A DNA stretch of 64,000 nt, taken from Rhynchobatus australiae (lineage: Eukaryota). Position numbers and translations under genes: made by a program. Of the stretch, positions 11,276 through 25,000 are shown in pieces (position 1 is the first letter of the stretch; each line of letters starts with the position of its first letter). The stretch lies in the NCBI GenBank assembly GCA_034780895.1, contig JAUZTB010000107.1, forward strand, positions 33,762,722-33,826,721, read 5' to 3'. A model generated the notes under the pieces. It was not told the origin of the DNA, made no database searches, and saw nothing but the letters and a program-made list of their open reading frames with translations.

Positions 11276-14200
11276 TCCTACATTACAACCATTTCTACAC
11301 TTAAAAAATAATTTATTCATTGCTTCTTTAGGAAAACCTATGATTATGAGATTAGGTGCATAAATGCAACCCTTATTTGTTTCTTTAACTGTAAATAAAC
11401 CCAGAAATTTTTAAGATACCACAAAAATGAGATTCCTGCAGTTATTCTGGTTATAATTTGCAGGGTCCTGTACACATTTACATGAGCTTGCACACCACAT
11501 TAATATGCAGACAGGGAGGCCATCATTATAAATAGAAATGTATTTGGATGAAGGAATTGATAACTGATTGGTGAAATGATGGCTTCTTCAACTTACCAGG
11601 CCTTGTCATTCACAGTGAAGATTTGACAATCTTTTGTGGCACATATTTCGTTGGTGTATCTCTGAGCTCAAAGGATATTTACAGGCCAAAGCATTTAGAA
11701 GTATAATTAAGAGACCAAAACAAAAATATTATATATATGGAAGGAGCAGCAAGCATACATGAATAAATATTCAGAAATTATGGACAGAGAAACATCAGGA
11801 CATTGATGCAGCAATCCTCAGGAACTCAGAAAGTAAATCACAGAAAAAAAAATCATAAAAAAATGGAGGAAATAATAATGTTGAGAGAAAAATCACACAT
11901 GAATAAAAAAAATGCAGCCCAGAGATTAAACCTGGGAAATCCCAATCTCTAAATTACAGGGGTGTATTTTCCCAGTAGGATATTCAGATTTATGGTTCAT
12001 GTATTCAAAGTGTTTAACATTTTAGAATGACATGAAAAGATATAATCTAAAAATGAATCAGAACTTTTAACAACTCCTGCAGTAGTGGCAGGGCTGTCTG
12101 TGCCAGAGGTATTCCTTATCCAGCCCACTTCATTTTGCTGTTGAAATGCTTCACCAAACCTTACCTGAAATTACATTGATAAGCACTGAAAAATTTCTTT
12201 GCCTTCTCCAACCTAAGGGATTGTGAGTTTCACTAATGGGCCGACAAGGCAGAAAATAATACAAGATAACTCATGATGTCAACTGTAGGAAGATAATGAA
12301 AGTTAAAGCATCTGCTGATATTCTAAGCTATGCAACCTTAATCATTTTACAGTTGGTGCTACTTGCTGGAAATAGGAAAGTACTGATACACCATTCAATC
12401 AAAATACACCCATCTTAGAACCCATTCTATTATCTGCATATTTAATGAAGATGATTTTCCCCAGAACTGACTTTCATGTCAGAACCCAATTGCCAATTTA
12501 GTCAATTTATCAGGGGTCATGAACAAAGAAACATTTGTAATCTGATTGGCTCCTCCTGGCCCAGATACAACATTTGCCGGGGTTAAAGTGTGAATGTGAA
12601 TATCCACTGCCATTTTGATAAATAAAAAATCCATACAAATAAAATCAGTTTAGTGAAGCAACAATCATAAGGAAGTCTCTGGTTATATGAAATCTCAGTT
12701 TTTATTTGCTTCCATTTATATCTCCAATAACTTTATAAAAACAATTTTGTGCCAAAATGTTTCATAAAGAAAACATGAACCTCTGTTAATTTTGGCTGTA
12801 CATATTCCAATTTAAAGAGATGCAGAACTTATTAATACAACGAGAAGTTGTTTCCAATCATGTTAGTAACTACCAGTTTAAATGTAATTAGCTCTTTTCC
12901 AAAACTAATATAGCCATAGTGACAAAATTGCCAGGAAGTATTTTTTTTCCAAGAATACAAGAAGAAATACTTTCTTTCATCCAATTTTCTCAAAATGCAT
13001 TAGAAAGTATATATATTTTCACCACACAAAAAAAAAATACACTGCTGCCCTGCTTAGTGCACAGGATACATTCCCAGGAACAAGAAGGATAATGGAATCA
13101 GTGCAAAAAGGGGTCATTATAGTATTATATATAGAGAGTTACTGAGAGTGCTGCTGTGCTGAGAATGTAGCATGAACTCCTGTCCTTCCACTGATGCACT
13201 GGCAACCCAGCACAATCCCTACCTTCTCCATTACTGTGTCATGTATCTGGTGCAAATCCAGCAATGAATCACCCCACAGCTCAGTGTGAAGAGGCTGCCT
13301 GTGAGGACTGGTTTTGGCTGACAGAGACATGTGGTGTAGCAACTCAGTGCTGAGATGCTCAGGGCTGCTCTCCAACCAGCACAGTGAGTGCAGCCATTTC
13401 TGGAAACTGGCAGCACCTGCTCCACATGTTGACCGACACACATCACACAAGGGATGATGAGAGAGACTGCAGAATCTGGGCAATTTGTCAATACATGGAG
13501 CACTCACTGTGCTGTTCAGGATATAGCCCTGTGCCCCTTATCCCAGTATTGAGAAGCTGTACCACTTGTCCTTGCCTGTCCATTGCCAGATCTCCCAGGT
13601 AGCCTCTCCACACCAAGCAGTGGGGCACTTCATTGCTGTGGCAGCACCGCAGAGTATTCACACCGTCTTCCTGATACAGCAGGGGTTTGCACCATATCTC
13701 TGGCACAGCCATTTGCAGCCCATATGGATGTCTTTTTCCTAAAAGTACCGATGAGTGCTTTGGCTGGAGGACCAAGAGAACTATAATCAATGAGTGGGCT
13801 ACCAGAGTAGCAGGAACAATCAGTTCACGCACTCACAAAGCAAACCTCCATACTTTGCTTCCAAAGTCCTGATATATACAAAATTAATGGGTAAAATCTA
13901 AAGGTCAGGGGTATTGGTGGGTACACTACATATTACCAAAATTTATCTTCGATGTAAAGATGTCATAGGTTTATGACAAATTGCCCTGGGAAAAATACTT
14001 CTAACAGGCAGGATCCTTCAGCTAGGATCAATGTATTTCAGCAGCAATGAGAGCTGTAGCTCTGAAAGCCTTGTATGAAAGTTAGAGAAACTGTGTTCCC
14101 ATGTGTACATTTAACACAAAAATTCTAACTGGTTGGTATAACAACATGAAGCATTTCCAAGTTATAGGCTATGTCTGGGTCAACTGGACTAAATAAGAAT

Positions 14201-15999
14201 TTATTTTTAAAATGTCCCACAAGCCCTGTTGCCCAGCAGCTAAGAGGAAGCACATACACAGAGTTGCTATGCCAAACTAGCACAAAATACTTTGTACTCC
14301 ATGTTGCATCATGACATCAATGATTAGTCATGCTATTACATTCAAAATATATATGGATGCAGGCATATACAAAGTGACATCATGTCATCATCAAGGAGCC
14401 ATATTTATATCTCACTACCACTGGGGTGCAAAACTTTTATTTGGCTCATTTAGACTGCTTGTCCAAAAATCCAAAAGTTGCATCTTTATCTGGCCATGGT
14501 GTTCTGAGACCTGAGCTACAGGATCCAGCAACAGATGTGCTACAAAAGCTTCAGATGTAAAGGTATGAACCCTAATGTGGACTCAATGAAAAGATTAGGA
14601 GTTTGGGAGAAAATAAAACTTCAATGCATTAATTCTCAAGGTCAAAATCTAAATCAAATTTCATACCAATGATTTTGTGATCATGATGCAGGTATAAAAT
14701 AAAAAATATTTAAATTATCTGATGAGCATCTATAAATTAGTAATAATTTTCATATCTACATTATTAGCATAATAAATGAGAAGAGAATTTTCAGAGATTT
14801 TAACAAAAGATTTGAACAGTAGATCAACCTGAGAATTGGCTTTTTCTGAATAGAACAGAAAGTGCTATAAGTCAATAGTTTTTAAAACTTTTCTAAGGAT
14901 CATTGGCAAATATTGACAACATCAAGTCTCCTTGAGTTTAATTTTTTGCCAGCTTATACAAAAGAAATGCAGAATTTCTTTCGCCTTTATTTAGAAATAG
15001 AAGTGATGTGTGAGTAAGTCAATAAGTGCAGAAATCTGCTTAGATGTGGAATGAAATCTAATGAGCTCACATGCCCTGGGAATACCCCAGCTGACCTACT
15101 CAAGTCCAGGGAAACCAATTTGAAAATCTATTGTGTAAGTTGAGAAAGAAAGGAACTTTCAGGAGGCATTAACTGCTGAATGTCTCATAGGATGCGACCT
15201 GGAGACTTCTGGAACTTAAAATTAAAGCTGCAGCTAAGAAAATGTAATCGGACATGGTACATCAACAGTGGTGTGCCAAAATTAAACAATAGGTTCATTT
15301 TGCAAAAGAGCCTGTAAATTAATTTGTCCAGATTACTACTTTGATCTTGGGTAAAGGTTTAAATGGGGGAAAGTGAAATACAGAACTTATGTTTAGAAAT
15401 CACTCTTCATGCGAGAATCTCCTAAGGTAGTTTGGAGACTGAAGTATAATTCATAAGGCAGTTAAACACTAACTGAGTTACTTTTTATCAACTGGTGGGC
15501 TAAAATTGTGAAATTGAACCCCCCATGCATGACTCATGGTAAATGGAATAACTCAAGGAAGATAAAATCAATTCTTATAATAAACCATTGTGTGAAATAC
15601 TTTTTAAGTATAAAAGCTGGAGTTTTATATCAGGATTTTGATTTGATCAAACATAATCAACACCTAAACATGATTCAAGTAAATTTTCCATTTCATTAAA
15701 GTTGGTGGGGGGGGGGGGGGGTGTAAGGATTCAATTAGCAATGTGACCAGCCAAAATACAGTGTAAATGAGCCCATCCAAACAGGTAGATGGATGTTGAT
15801 GGTGGTGTGGGGAATGTGAAATAAGAAGAACAGAAATAACTATTGGAATTATGGGGTTCCAAGGATTCAAGCACATACATTGAGCCTGCAAGTTTGCATT
15901 CACACCTCATGCAAAGGTAAAGGACATATCAACACAGCAAGATTTGGAAAGGAAGTGGTAAGATCCTGATGTCATGGCCCAATTTGGGATCAACAATTT

Positions 16000-17090
16000 A
16001 TGGAAAAGAGAAATACTGAGGGAGTATCAGAAATGAGTAATTACAGAGGGGAAAAAAATGCACTTGCATGGGATCCTTGCAAATGCTACACAAGACACGT
16101 GCAGATTGTCCAATCAGGAAGCTTGACTGTATGACAAAAAGACTGGTATAGTTAGCCTGGGTTCAATCTCATGGGTCTCTGGGCAAGGAAACATTGTATT
16201 GCAAAGGTGAGCCCCTTTGAACTGGATTGGGATCAGTTTCCTAGCAGAAAGAATAAACAGAACTGTCAATAAGTCTTTAAGCTAATAGAACCATATAATG
16301 GATCTGCTGAAAATAACATAATTCAGAAGATGAAGAAGTCACTTTCACGTTGGAATGCTTTAATCATTGGAATCAGTTCTGGGCCTTGATTTACATGAAG
16401 GGATCTATCGTGCAGTGACTGGTGGGATTGCAGATGAGAAAAGATAGGTGGGAAAGCAGGTTGAAGGGAGGATGCAAAGAGTTGGCAAGTAGATATAGAT
16501 AGGCTAAGCACATGAGCTATTGTTTGGTAGGTGAAGTTTAATGTGTGGAAATGTGGTAGGTAGAATGTAAACGGATTGTTTAAATGTAGAGGAATGACAG
16601 AAAACCACTTTACAGAGAGATTTGTGTTTCCTCATGCATGAAACAGAAAGGTAGCATGTAGGCATAGCAAGTAATTAGGAAGGCAAATAGAATGTCAGCT
16701 TCTATTGCAAGGGATGGAGTAAAGTATGGATGATACTGTATTTATATAGGGCTTTAGTGAAACACATCTGGACTTCTATGCACAATTTTGATATTCTTAT
16801 TTAAGGAGGAATATACTTGCATTGAAGGCAGCTTAGCAAAGGTTCATCTCTTGGATTCAATGGATGAAGGGAGTGTCTTATGTGGATGGATTAAACAGGC
16901 TGGGCCTAAGCACATGTTTAGAAAATGAAAGATGATTTCATTCAAACTTCAAAGATTATGAAGGAGATCGATATTGAGAGGATGTTCCCCCTCACGGGGA
17001 CTCTAAAACTAGTGAACATATTTTCAGTATAGGAGGTCATCTATTTGTAAATAAGAAAAGTTTAAGTATTTTCAAGATGAAGCTGAAGTT
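16000..17090 (+). mobile_element. CR1-type LINE ORF2 (RT) fragment, decayed
   Basis: Recognisable CR1 RT segments (agatatagataggctaag, gcaagtaattaggaaggcaaatagaatg, cttatttaaggaggaatatacttgcattgaaggc). Homologous in the opposite orientation to 5880-6260 and 22590-22830. Confidence 0.8.
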
Positions 17091-17329
17091 GCTTTAGTAA
17101 TGATAGTTCTGATTATATCCTGTGCTCTTCCATGCTCCTGCATTGGCTTTTTTCGAGGAATATGAAATAATGTATTAAAGCATCGAATGGATCAGTGTAT
17201 AGTGCATTGATTATATCATAGTGTAATGTATTGCATCTAATGCTGTACACAGTACAAAGGGCAACAGTCCATTGCTGGAAGCACTACATAAAGAGCCCTG
17301 GCAGCAGGTGATTCCTGGCCTCATCTCCA

Positions 17330-17545
17330 AGTCCATTCTTTCAAGTGCCACTTCAGTGATTTAAAGTGCCACTTCAGTAACTTAAAGCATCTGACCTAGA
17401 CAGTGATTTTAGTTCAAAACCGACAAAGGACTGTTGTAGATGTAATCTTTTGGATGAGTCACTGCGTGAGTCTTGACTTTGGCAGGTAGATGTAAAAGAA
17501 CACTGTGTACCATTTGAAGAACAGCAAGGGAGATGTTCTGGTCAA
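17330..17545 (+). mobile_element. Deu-domain SINE fragment, including a 21-bp tandem duplication at about 17343-17387
   Basis: cttttggatgag...caggtagatgtaaaagaac..ccatttgaagaacagcaaggg matches the Deu core. Confidence 0.55.
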
Positions 17546-17940
17546 AGAAGTAGGGTTTTAAGGTGCATCTAAAGGAATGAGACGGAGAGGTAACTAAGCA
17601 GAGAGTCTTCAAAAGGATATTCCAGTTAGCTGCAGGTGAACCTACCATTGATGGAATAATTACAATAAGGGGTGGACAAGAGGCAAGAACTGGAGAAACT
17701 CAGCAATCTTGTTAAGTTCTAGGACCGGACTGGAGAAAACTACAGCGAGAGGCAGAAGGAAGGCTATAGCAAAACAATGAAGATATGGGTAAGAATTTTA
17801 AACCTAAAGTGTTGCCATGTTGGGAGGCAAGCAGAAAGTTCTTGGGTAAATAGGACTTAGCATTTGAGCAGTAGAATCTTGGATGAGATAATTTTATGGA
17901 GGATAAAAGGTTGGCAAAAAAAGCATTGGAATACTTAAAT
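17545..17940 (-). mobile_element. L2-type LINE 3' fragment
   Basis: Purine-rich antisense sequence similar to 32500-32900 (gttttaa..aaagga..gagagg..gagtcttcaaaaggatattcc). Confidence 0.4.
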
Positions 17941-19403
17941 ATACATGATAAATGTAGAACTTACAATGGACATCAAAAGAAAGCATATATTTAAATGGAC
18001 TCCAATAAAATAATAGAAATGAAAACCATGGAATCACTTGGAAAACAAAATAAATGGAAGCACCTACCATCATTGCAACAAGTCATTCTGGACTTCTTCA
18101 TCCAAACAAGCCAAAAGGCTATTCTCATCCATATATGCGAGATTGATTCCACTTGTATATAAATCTCTGAAGGGGCACTGTTTGTGGTACAAGTAAGCAA
18201 TTGTCTATATGGATATGTGTGTATAGCTCCAAGAATCATGAAAGATGAGCAACAATACCCATAAAAGGCTGGTATCTTGGGTACAATAACCAGGTTCTAT
18301 CTTGTAAACAGTGTGAGGGTGTGGTGGGGGGGGTCGTAAATGTAATTAGTGAGTGCACAGGCCCAGCCAATGATCATTAATCACAATAAACTCATACTCC
18401 TATGAGAACAATTTGTGTATATTTAATGTGCCTCTCTAAAAGTACCCAGATTTAAAACTATGTGCACATCCTTAATTAGAAATAGTAATTCCAAATTGGT
18501 ACCCAATTTCTGACAATGTCAATGGGAGAAAGTAAAGGGAATTGTGGGAAAGTCTTCTGCTGAAATCCTACCTTAAACACTAAGATTTTCCCCACCCCTC
18601 CATTTTGGGCAGAAGCCATATGTTTATTTCCCTCTCACATTTTCAATTTTAGAAGTGTCTAAAAGACTGAATGAAATTGTGGAAGCCATTACTATTAGAT
18701 TTTAACAGCATATATTGTGTATTTTATATGTTCTTATCATTAAGGATGAACATAAAGCCTTTCTTAGAATTTAAATCATGGGCATTCCAAAAGCAAATTT
18801 TAAAATTTGGTTGACCATTCACTCACTGACCCCTTTCTCACCACTCCCTCTCTCCTCCTTATACAGCTGTCTTCTATGGCTGTGTTAGTGGACAGCGGCT
18901 ACAGTTTTGGACCACTACTCCAGAGTGATGAGCTTGAATTCCACTTTGGTGGCTGGAGAATTTAAATTCAAGTAATTAAAACTCATCTAGAATTTTTAGA
19001 GGGTTTCACTCACCCACATTGAGTCAGGAGCTGAATGGCATTCTCTTGTCTTGTGTGGGCAAGTGGAGCTACAACAACACCAAAGAAGTTCTAGGGAAAG
19101 CAGCTATTCACCATCTTAAACACTCACTCCTATCACACCAGGTGCACTGTGGCAGAGTGTGCACTGGTTCCTTTTTATCTATCTTATCAATGCAGTGTTA
19201 CCCTAATGAATACAGAGTGGTTGACAGTTGGCAGAGAACAGTCTGCAAATGTCCTAGGAAGATGACCTTAACCGATTTTGTGCCTAAAAAGCAAAAGCTT
19301 AGGCAGTGTCTTTGGAGACAGGAACATTGTTTCAGGCTGATGACCTTTAATCAGCACTGGGAAAAGCTGGAAATGAAACAAACAGCAGAGATTTTGAGAG
19401 AGA

Positions 19404-19405
<2 letters not shown>

Positions 19406-19444
<39 letters not shown>

Positions 19445-19456
19445 CGCGCGCGTGTG
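19406..19456. repeat. Compound microsatellite (GT)15G(CG)8(TG)2
   Basis: 51 bp of perfectly alternating purine-pyrimidine sequence, read directly. Confidence 0.97.
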
Positions 19457-21289
19457 ATGATGGTGGCAGCACTGCAGAGAGATGAAGAAGGAAGATTTGT
19501 GGTAGGGTGGAGACCAGGGGAGATTATGTGACACGAACAGTGGTGCTCAGATTCCATATGATGTCCAAATTACTTCAGAAAAGACATTTATTTTTAAATG
19601 TTTTAATAGATTTTCAAGAAATGCACTGTTAGAGCACTTGCAGGACAAGCATGCAATAAACAGCATGATTTTCAGAAAGGCAAGACTTGAATGTTACAAA
19701 TGTTTCTCTACCTCCAGCATGAAATTGGAAAGCAACTGGAGATGCGTGTCAACTAACAGGGAGTTCTAATGGCAACCTGCAATTTAGGAAAATTGTTTGA
19801 ATCTTTAATCAATGAGATCCCATGTAAAATTAGAATGTCCCACTTGAGGGAAAGATTTCTTAGCAAAACACTCGGATTTAGAAAATTATGTCCCAAACTG
19901 CAGAGCTCTTTAAAGAATGCATAAGACACATATGGAACTCAGACACAGTTCATGGTTTAAAGCAGAAATTGAGACTGTAGCCAAACAAGATGCAACTATC
20001 CAAGAAGTTAGCATAGCAACAGCTGCCAATATCAATACAGAGCATAAGTACTGTGGGCAGAACCCATAGCAGAAAAAAGCAAAAGGTTCCACACATGGTC
20101 AGCTGCGCAGGAAGCACAGAAAACTTTTACAGCAAAATAATTGAAGCACTATGTGTATTTCTGGTTGCCACATTACTAAATGTACAAACACTGGAGTGGT
20201 GAACCAAAGAACAACAAAAGTGATTCCAAGTGCAAGTTAAAAAAGACCAACCTGTTTTCTGTGATAAAATAGGTAAAGCAGTGAGGAACTTGGTAAAATA
20301 TATACAGGATTAAATACTTAAATAAATTGAGATTATTATTTTAAAACTAAATAGGCTAATGCATAATGGTCATAGGATATTGAAGTAAGAATAATAATTT
20401 GCATTCATGTAATGGAGACTAAATTTGATAGTTTTCAAAATAGACACTATGATCAGCAAAAGAAACTTATCTGAACCCACTGCCTCTCTTGCAAGACCAA
20501 GGTGAGGCAGAGATGGGGGCAGGAGGAGCAAAGTGGAGGACAGGTGAGCATACGTGTCCCCTATGGAGAAGACATGATGGTAATTATTGGGATGGCCATT
20601 ACTGAGGCCATAGTCAGACTCAAACCATCCAAGTTGTTGATAACCTTATATATGATCCTTTTTCTCATACCCTTAATCACACTGTTCTAATTTTTATGCC
20701 ATGGATGGTCTTAGCACATTGCTATTACTTTCTCTCCCACCCCTTCCTCTCCGCATTCCAACCAAAAGATTGACCTTTTTTCCTTTGAAATCCCCAAGAT
20801 CTACAACGTTGCCAGATGGTGGAGGAAGAGCAAGACACTGTTGATGGAAACATATTGTCACTTGATTTCAAATTTGCAACTATCAGCAATCACAGCGTTA
20901 CCATAGATAACTTATAGGATAGGAGGAATTAGATGTGGCAGTCTGAAAAAACAAGGCTGATGATAATTCAAAATTAAATGCACAGAACACTGGAAATCCT
21001 TGCAGAAGGTTGTTTTCAGGATTAACTAGCATGGAGGAGTTCTGCACCAAGTTGATACAGAGCACTGTGTAGAGCTTGGAGCCCATCCTTTTCGGTGTGG
21101 AAGCAATGACTAACTCAGTCTGCACACTTCTGAACCCTGTCACAAGGCAGCACCTGAGAGGTAATGTTGCGGATAAAAAAAACCAACCAATTTCAGATTT
21201 CTCGAGGAAAGTCATTCTGCAGTCATATAACTTCAACGTTGCCATCATAGCTGTAAACTGCAATCAGCAAAGGGTTTTGCAGGTTTCAT

Positions 21290-21565
21290 ACAAACATAGG
21301 AATTAGGAGCAAGAGTAAACCACTTGGTCCCTCAAACCTGCTCTCATTTTATAAAATGATAACAAATCTGACTGCAACCTCAGCTCCATATTCCTGTCTA
21401 TCTATGATAACTCTTCATCTCCTTAGTTATCTGCTTCTACCAACCTTCCTGGAAGAGAGTTAGACTCACAATCCTCTTAGTGGAAAAAGAATGCTTCATC
21501 GCTGCCTGAAATAGGCAACCCCTTACTGTCAAACAGTGGCCCAAGCTCTAGATTCCCCCAGCCCA
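21290..21565 (-). mobile_element. CR1-type LINE 3' end
   Basis: aacataggaattaggagcaagagtaaaccacttggtccctcaaacctgct is a reversed tail like the one at 5395. Confidence 0.65.
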
Positions 21566-22029
21566 TGACACTCATTACTAGGAATGCTGTGGAGGGGAGC
21601 AGACATTCCATCAAACACAAACATGGTGACTATCTCAAGATGAAAGCATTCATCAACACCGTCTACCCATGCTACCAGTACTGTTGCTGATGTCCATCAG
21701 CCAGCAATGTAGATTGCTGCTTCCCCTCAGGAAGCTGCTTGAAGTCCTATCCTATTGCCATCTGTAGTGTCCTGCACTGAAAGTCAGCAACCTTCCAGGA
21801 GTCATGTTGCAGCCACACATTAACATTTTGTGATATTCAGATACACAAATGCTGTTAGTAGACCTGTACTAAGCATTTCACAAAGGAAATTAGGTGACTA
21901 TTTTATTTAAAACTGCATGAGTTACATTTCAAATTTGTTATGGAATGTCTCATTTTGTGTTAGCTTTTTTTTGGCAATGAGGGTGCTGTAATGAGGGTTA
22001 CCAAGAATGTAATTGGGGAATGGTTATTG

Positions 22030-22830
22030 TAGAACATAGAATATTACAAGCACAGTACAGGCCCTTCGGCCCACAATGTTGTGCCAACATTTTATCCTGC
22101 TCTAAATCTATCTAACCCTTCCCTCTCACATAGCCCCACATTTCCTTATCATTCATGTAGCTATCTTAAATGTCCCCAATGTAACTGCCCCCGACAACCT
22201 CTGCTGGCAGTGCATTCCACACACCAACCGCTCTGTGTAAAAGAACTTACCCCTGACATCCCCCTTAGATCTTCCTCCAAACACCTTAACATTACGTCCC
22301 CTCATGTTAGCCATTGTTGTCCTGGGNNNNNNNNNNNNNNNNNNNNNNNNNNNNNNNNNNNNNNNNNNNNNNNNNNNNNNNNNNNNNNNNNNNNNNNNNN
22401 NNNNNNNNNNNNNNNNNNNNNNNNNNNNNNNNNNNNNNNNNNNNNNNNNNNNNNNNNNNNNNNNNNNNNNNNNNNNNNNNNNNNNNNNNNNNNNNNNNNN
22501 NNNNNNNNNNNNNNNNNNNNNNNNNNNNNNNNNNNNNNNNNNNNNNNNNNNNNNNNNNNNNNNNNNNNNNNNNNNNNNNNNNNNNNNGAGCTGCAACATC
22601 ACCTCGCAGCTCTTGAACTCAATACCCCGACTAATGAAGGCCAACACACCATACGCCTTCTTAACAACCCTATCGACCTGCGCAACAACCTTGAGGAATC
22701 TATGGACATGAACCCCAAGATCCCTCTGTTCCTCCATACTGCTAAGAGTTCTGCCATTAACCTTGTATTCTGCCTTCAAATTCAATCTCCCAAAATGTGT
22801 CACTTCACATTTATCCGGGTTGAACTCTTT
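22030..22830 (-). mobile_element. Relatively young CR1/HER1-type LINE 3' portion (contains gap 22327-22587)
   Basis: EFNPDKCEVTHFGRLN..EQRDLGVHVHRFLKVVAQVDRVVKKAYGVLAFISRGIEFKSCEVMLQL, then DVRGKFF, ending in the (atgttct)-type tail. Confidence 0.92.
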
Positions 22831-24193
22831 TCTTGTTATTGGTATCACACTGCACTCATAAGAGTTCCTGATGCATACCCAGAGTGTAAAATTTAAACCA
22901 AGATAATGCTTAAAGTCCCAAAATGTTACATTGTTGTTACATCTCAATTTAGTCAATATTTCATCTAGTAAAATATTTGATTATATTAAAGACAACAAAT
23001 ATCATAAGATATTGGGGTTATTTATCAAATTAATTGATGCTTGATCTGCTGAGAATACTGATACAAGGATGCTGTATACCAATAGTCACAGAGCTAAAAT
23101 GAAATGATTATGAACAAATTATTTATTAAGCTAAACAATAGCTTAACTAGTAAAGAAGTACTGTAGTAGGCAGATGCCACAGAAACAGCACTTAAGCAAC
23201 TGAAGCAGCCAATTCAAGAAGCACACAGATAACTTACAGATGCGAAGAATCAGTACAGCAGATTGAAAAGTTATTAGCAGTAATAAACACACTTGAGCAA
23301 TTCCATCAATAAACTTATGCTAGACCATTGACTGCATCGGCAGATCATCAGCTCTTAGAAGTTACAGTGCATAAAAACACTTTGAAATATTTCAGAAAGG
23401 CTGTAAGGGATAATATATCTGGTTTATTAATTGTCTTATCAGCCAGGAAAACAGATGCAGCTTGCCAATGCTATATGTATTTACCTATAGGTCCAGAGGG
23501 AATCAAAAGGGAAGACAGATCAAAAATGAATGTTGCCTACAAAAAAAAACACTCTGTTTGGGGTACGGATTCATTTAATACAAGAAGCAAACATGTGAGC
23601 TCCCCGAATAAAAAAGGCAAAGGTCAGCTAGTCCCATTAGAGACTAAACAACATGTCAATCAACCTTAAGGCTTCCCTTTTCCAAGCAGAACATGTCCAA
23701 TATGTGCATTCGTTCTTCAAAATTCAATTGCTTCCATCCTAAAGCTATTTTAGTTGCTCTTATTTGTGTAGCAGATTGTTCATAACTGAATAACTAAAAA
23801 ATCATCACGAGAGTGTGTCTATCTCCAGTCTATATAGTCTTTGATTTTATGAATGGACACAATATTCAGAATGATTCCTATTTAGAGAAGTGAGAATAAT
23901 CATTCTAAAAGCATTATGGAGACATAATGTAGTTCATCAATTTATCAAACACAGAGCCAAATCTGAATGTAAAACTGTAGTGTGATGGTGAGAAATATGA
24001 TGTCAAACAGAAGAAACTAAATAGCAGAATGAGTCAGCAAATCTCAAAATGGTCTGATCTATCCAAAGTCAAAGGTTGAAATTGATTTGATTGTCTTTGA
24101 TGATAATATTCTTCTGCTGGTCAACTGTAAATTACTGAGCATCTGTCCTTTTGGATGATACCATTGTGAAAGGTATAAAAAAACTCTATTTAC

Positions 24194-25000
24194 TGTGATG
24201 GATATTCACTTTCTGGGCCCCAAAACGGCTTATTGCTAACCTCAGCTTTTTGGCACAGCAGCATGATCTGTCCAAAGGTCAAGAAGTGATGGCTCATCCC
24301 TTTTGCAAAAACAGCAGAAATTGTCCAAGGCTCAAGATGTTTGTTGTTTGAGAAGTTAAACTTCTAACCAATATTCCCTGCTCAGCCTCTTAACATAAAC
24401 AAGAGAACAATGGGATCCACGTTTACTTAATTAAACACTCCAGTCACCTGGCCCGAAGATGTGATTGAAAAAAAACATCATACGCCAATGATGTCAACTA
24501 AGTGAAGAAACAGTACAAATGTTAGAAAGCAGTCAGGGTAGGGGGGAATAACAGAGAGAGGGGCTTACAGAAAGAAGACCTAGGATTCATTCCTCAATCT
24601 TTGGTTTTTGCGATGGGCGACTTGTTCGTCTCCAACTTGTTGGTATGACTTTTCAGCTTGTAAAAATTGTACTTGTGTTTGGAAATCTTTTGTAAGTTAC
24701 AAGTCGCTGATTAAGTATTACTTATTTGAATTAAATGTGTCTCATTTAAAATAAACTGCTTCGTTAGCTGGAAGTACCTTCTCCTTGGTTGGGAAGAGGG
24801 TCCCACCGCTGGAAATAGTGATTATTGACAGCTAGACCTTTCTGTAGAGACTAAAGTAGTGAAGTAAACTAATCCTTGAAGTGTAGGTTGATACAGTATA
24901 AGCTCCCTATAGTGAGGGTACTCATAGATACTTATGCCAGATAGAACTTAAAGTCTTGACAAGTTTAGGGCTCCCGGATGGTACACTCAATATCATCACA
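24194..25000 (+). mobile_element. Solo LTR (807 bp) of an ERV or LTR retrotransposon
   Basis: Begins TGTGATGGATATT and ends AATATCATCACA (TG..CA with short terminal inverted repeat). Exact 4-bp TSD TTAC at 24190-24193 and 25001-25004. CCAAT near 24485, TATA-like near 24514, AATAAA at 24750. Collinear homolog at 62695-63696. Confidence 0.9.

Noticed and set aside
12466-12615. Short minus-strand ORF (MAVDIHIHTL..) and an 11-bp match (tggatattcac) to the LTR start
   Set aside because: The similarity to the LTR does not extend, and the ORF is 44 codons with no recognisable homology.
19019-19557. 170-aa ORF and overlapping antisense ORFs with VCVC/RARA/HTHT runs
   Set aside because: They include a translated microsatellite, show no recognisable domain and have no convincing exon boundaries.
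23170-23290. Coiled-coil-like peptide ADATETALKQLKQPIQEAHR on the plus strand
   Set aside because: It is short, interrupted by stops and has no diagnostic motif.
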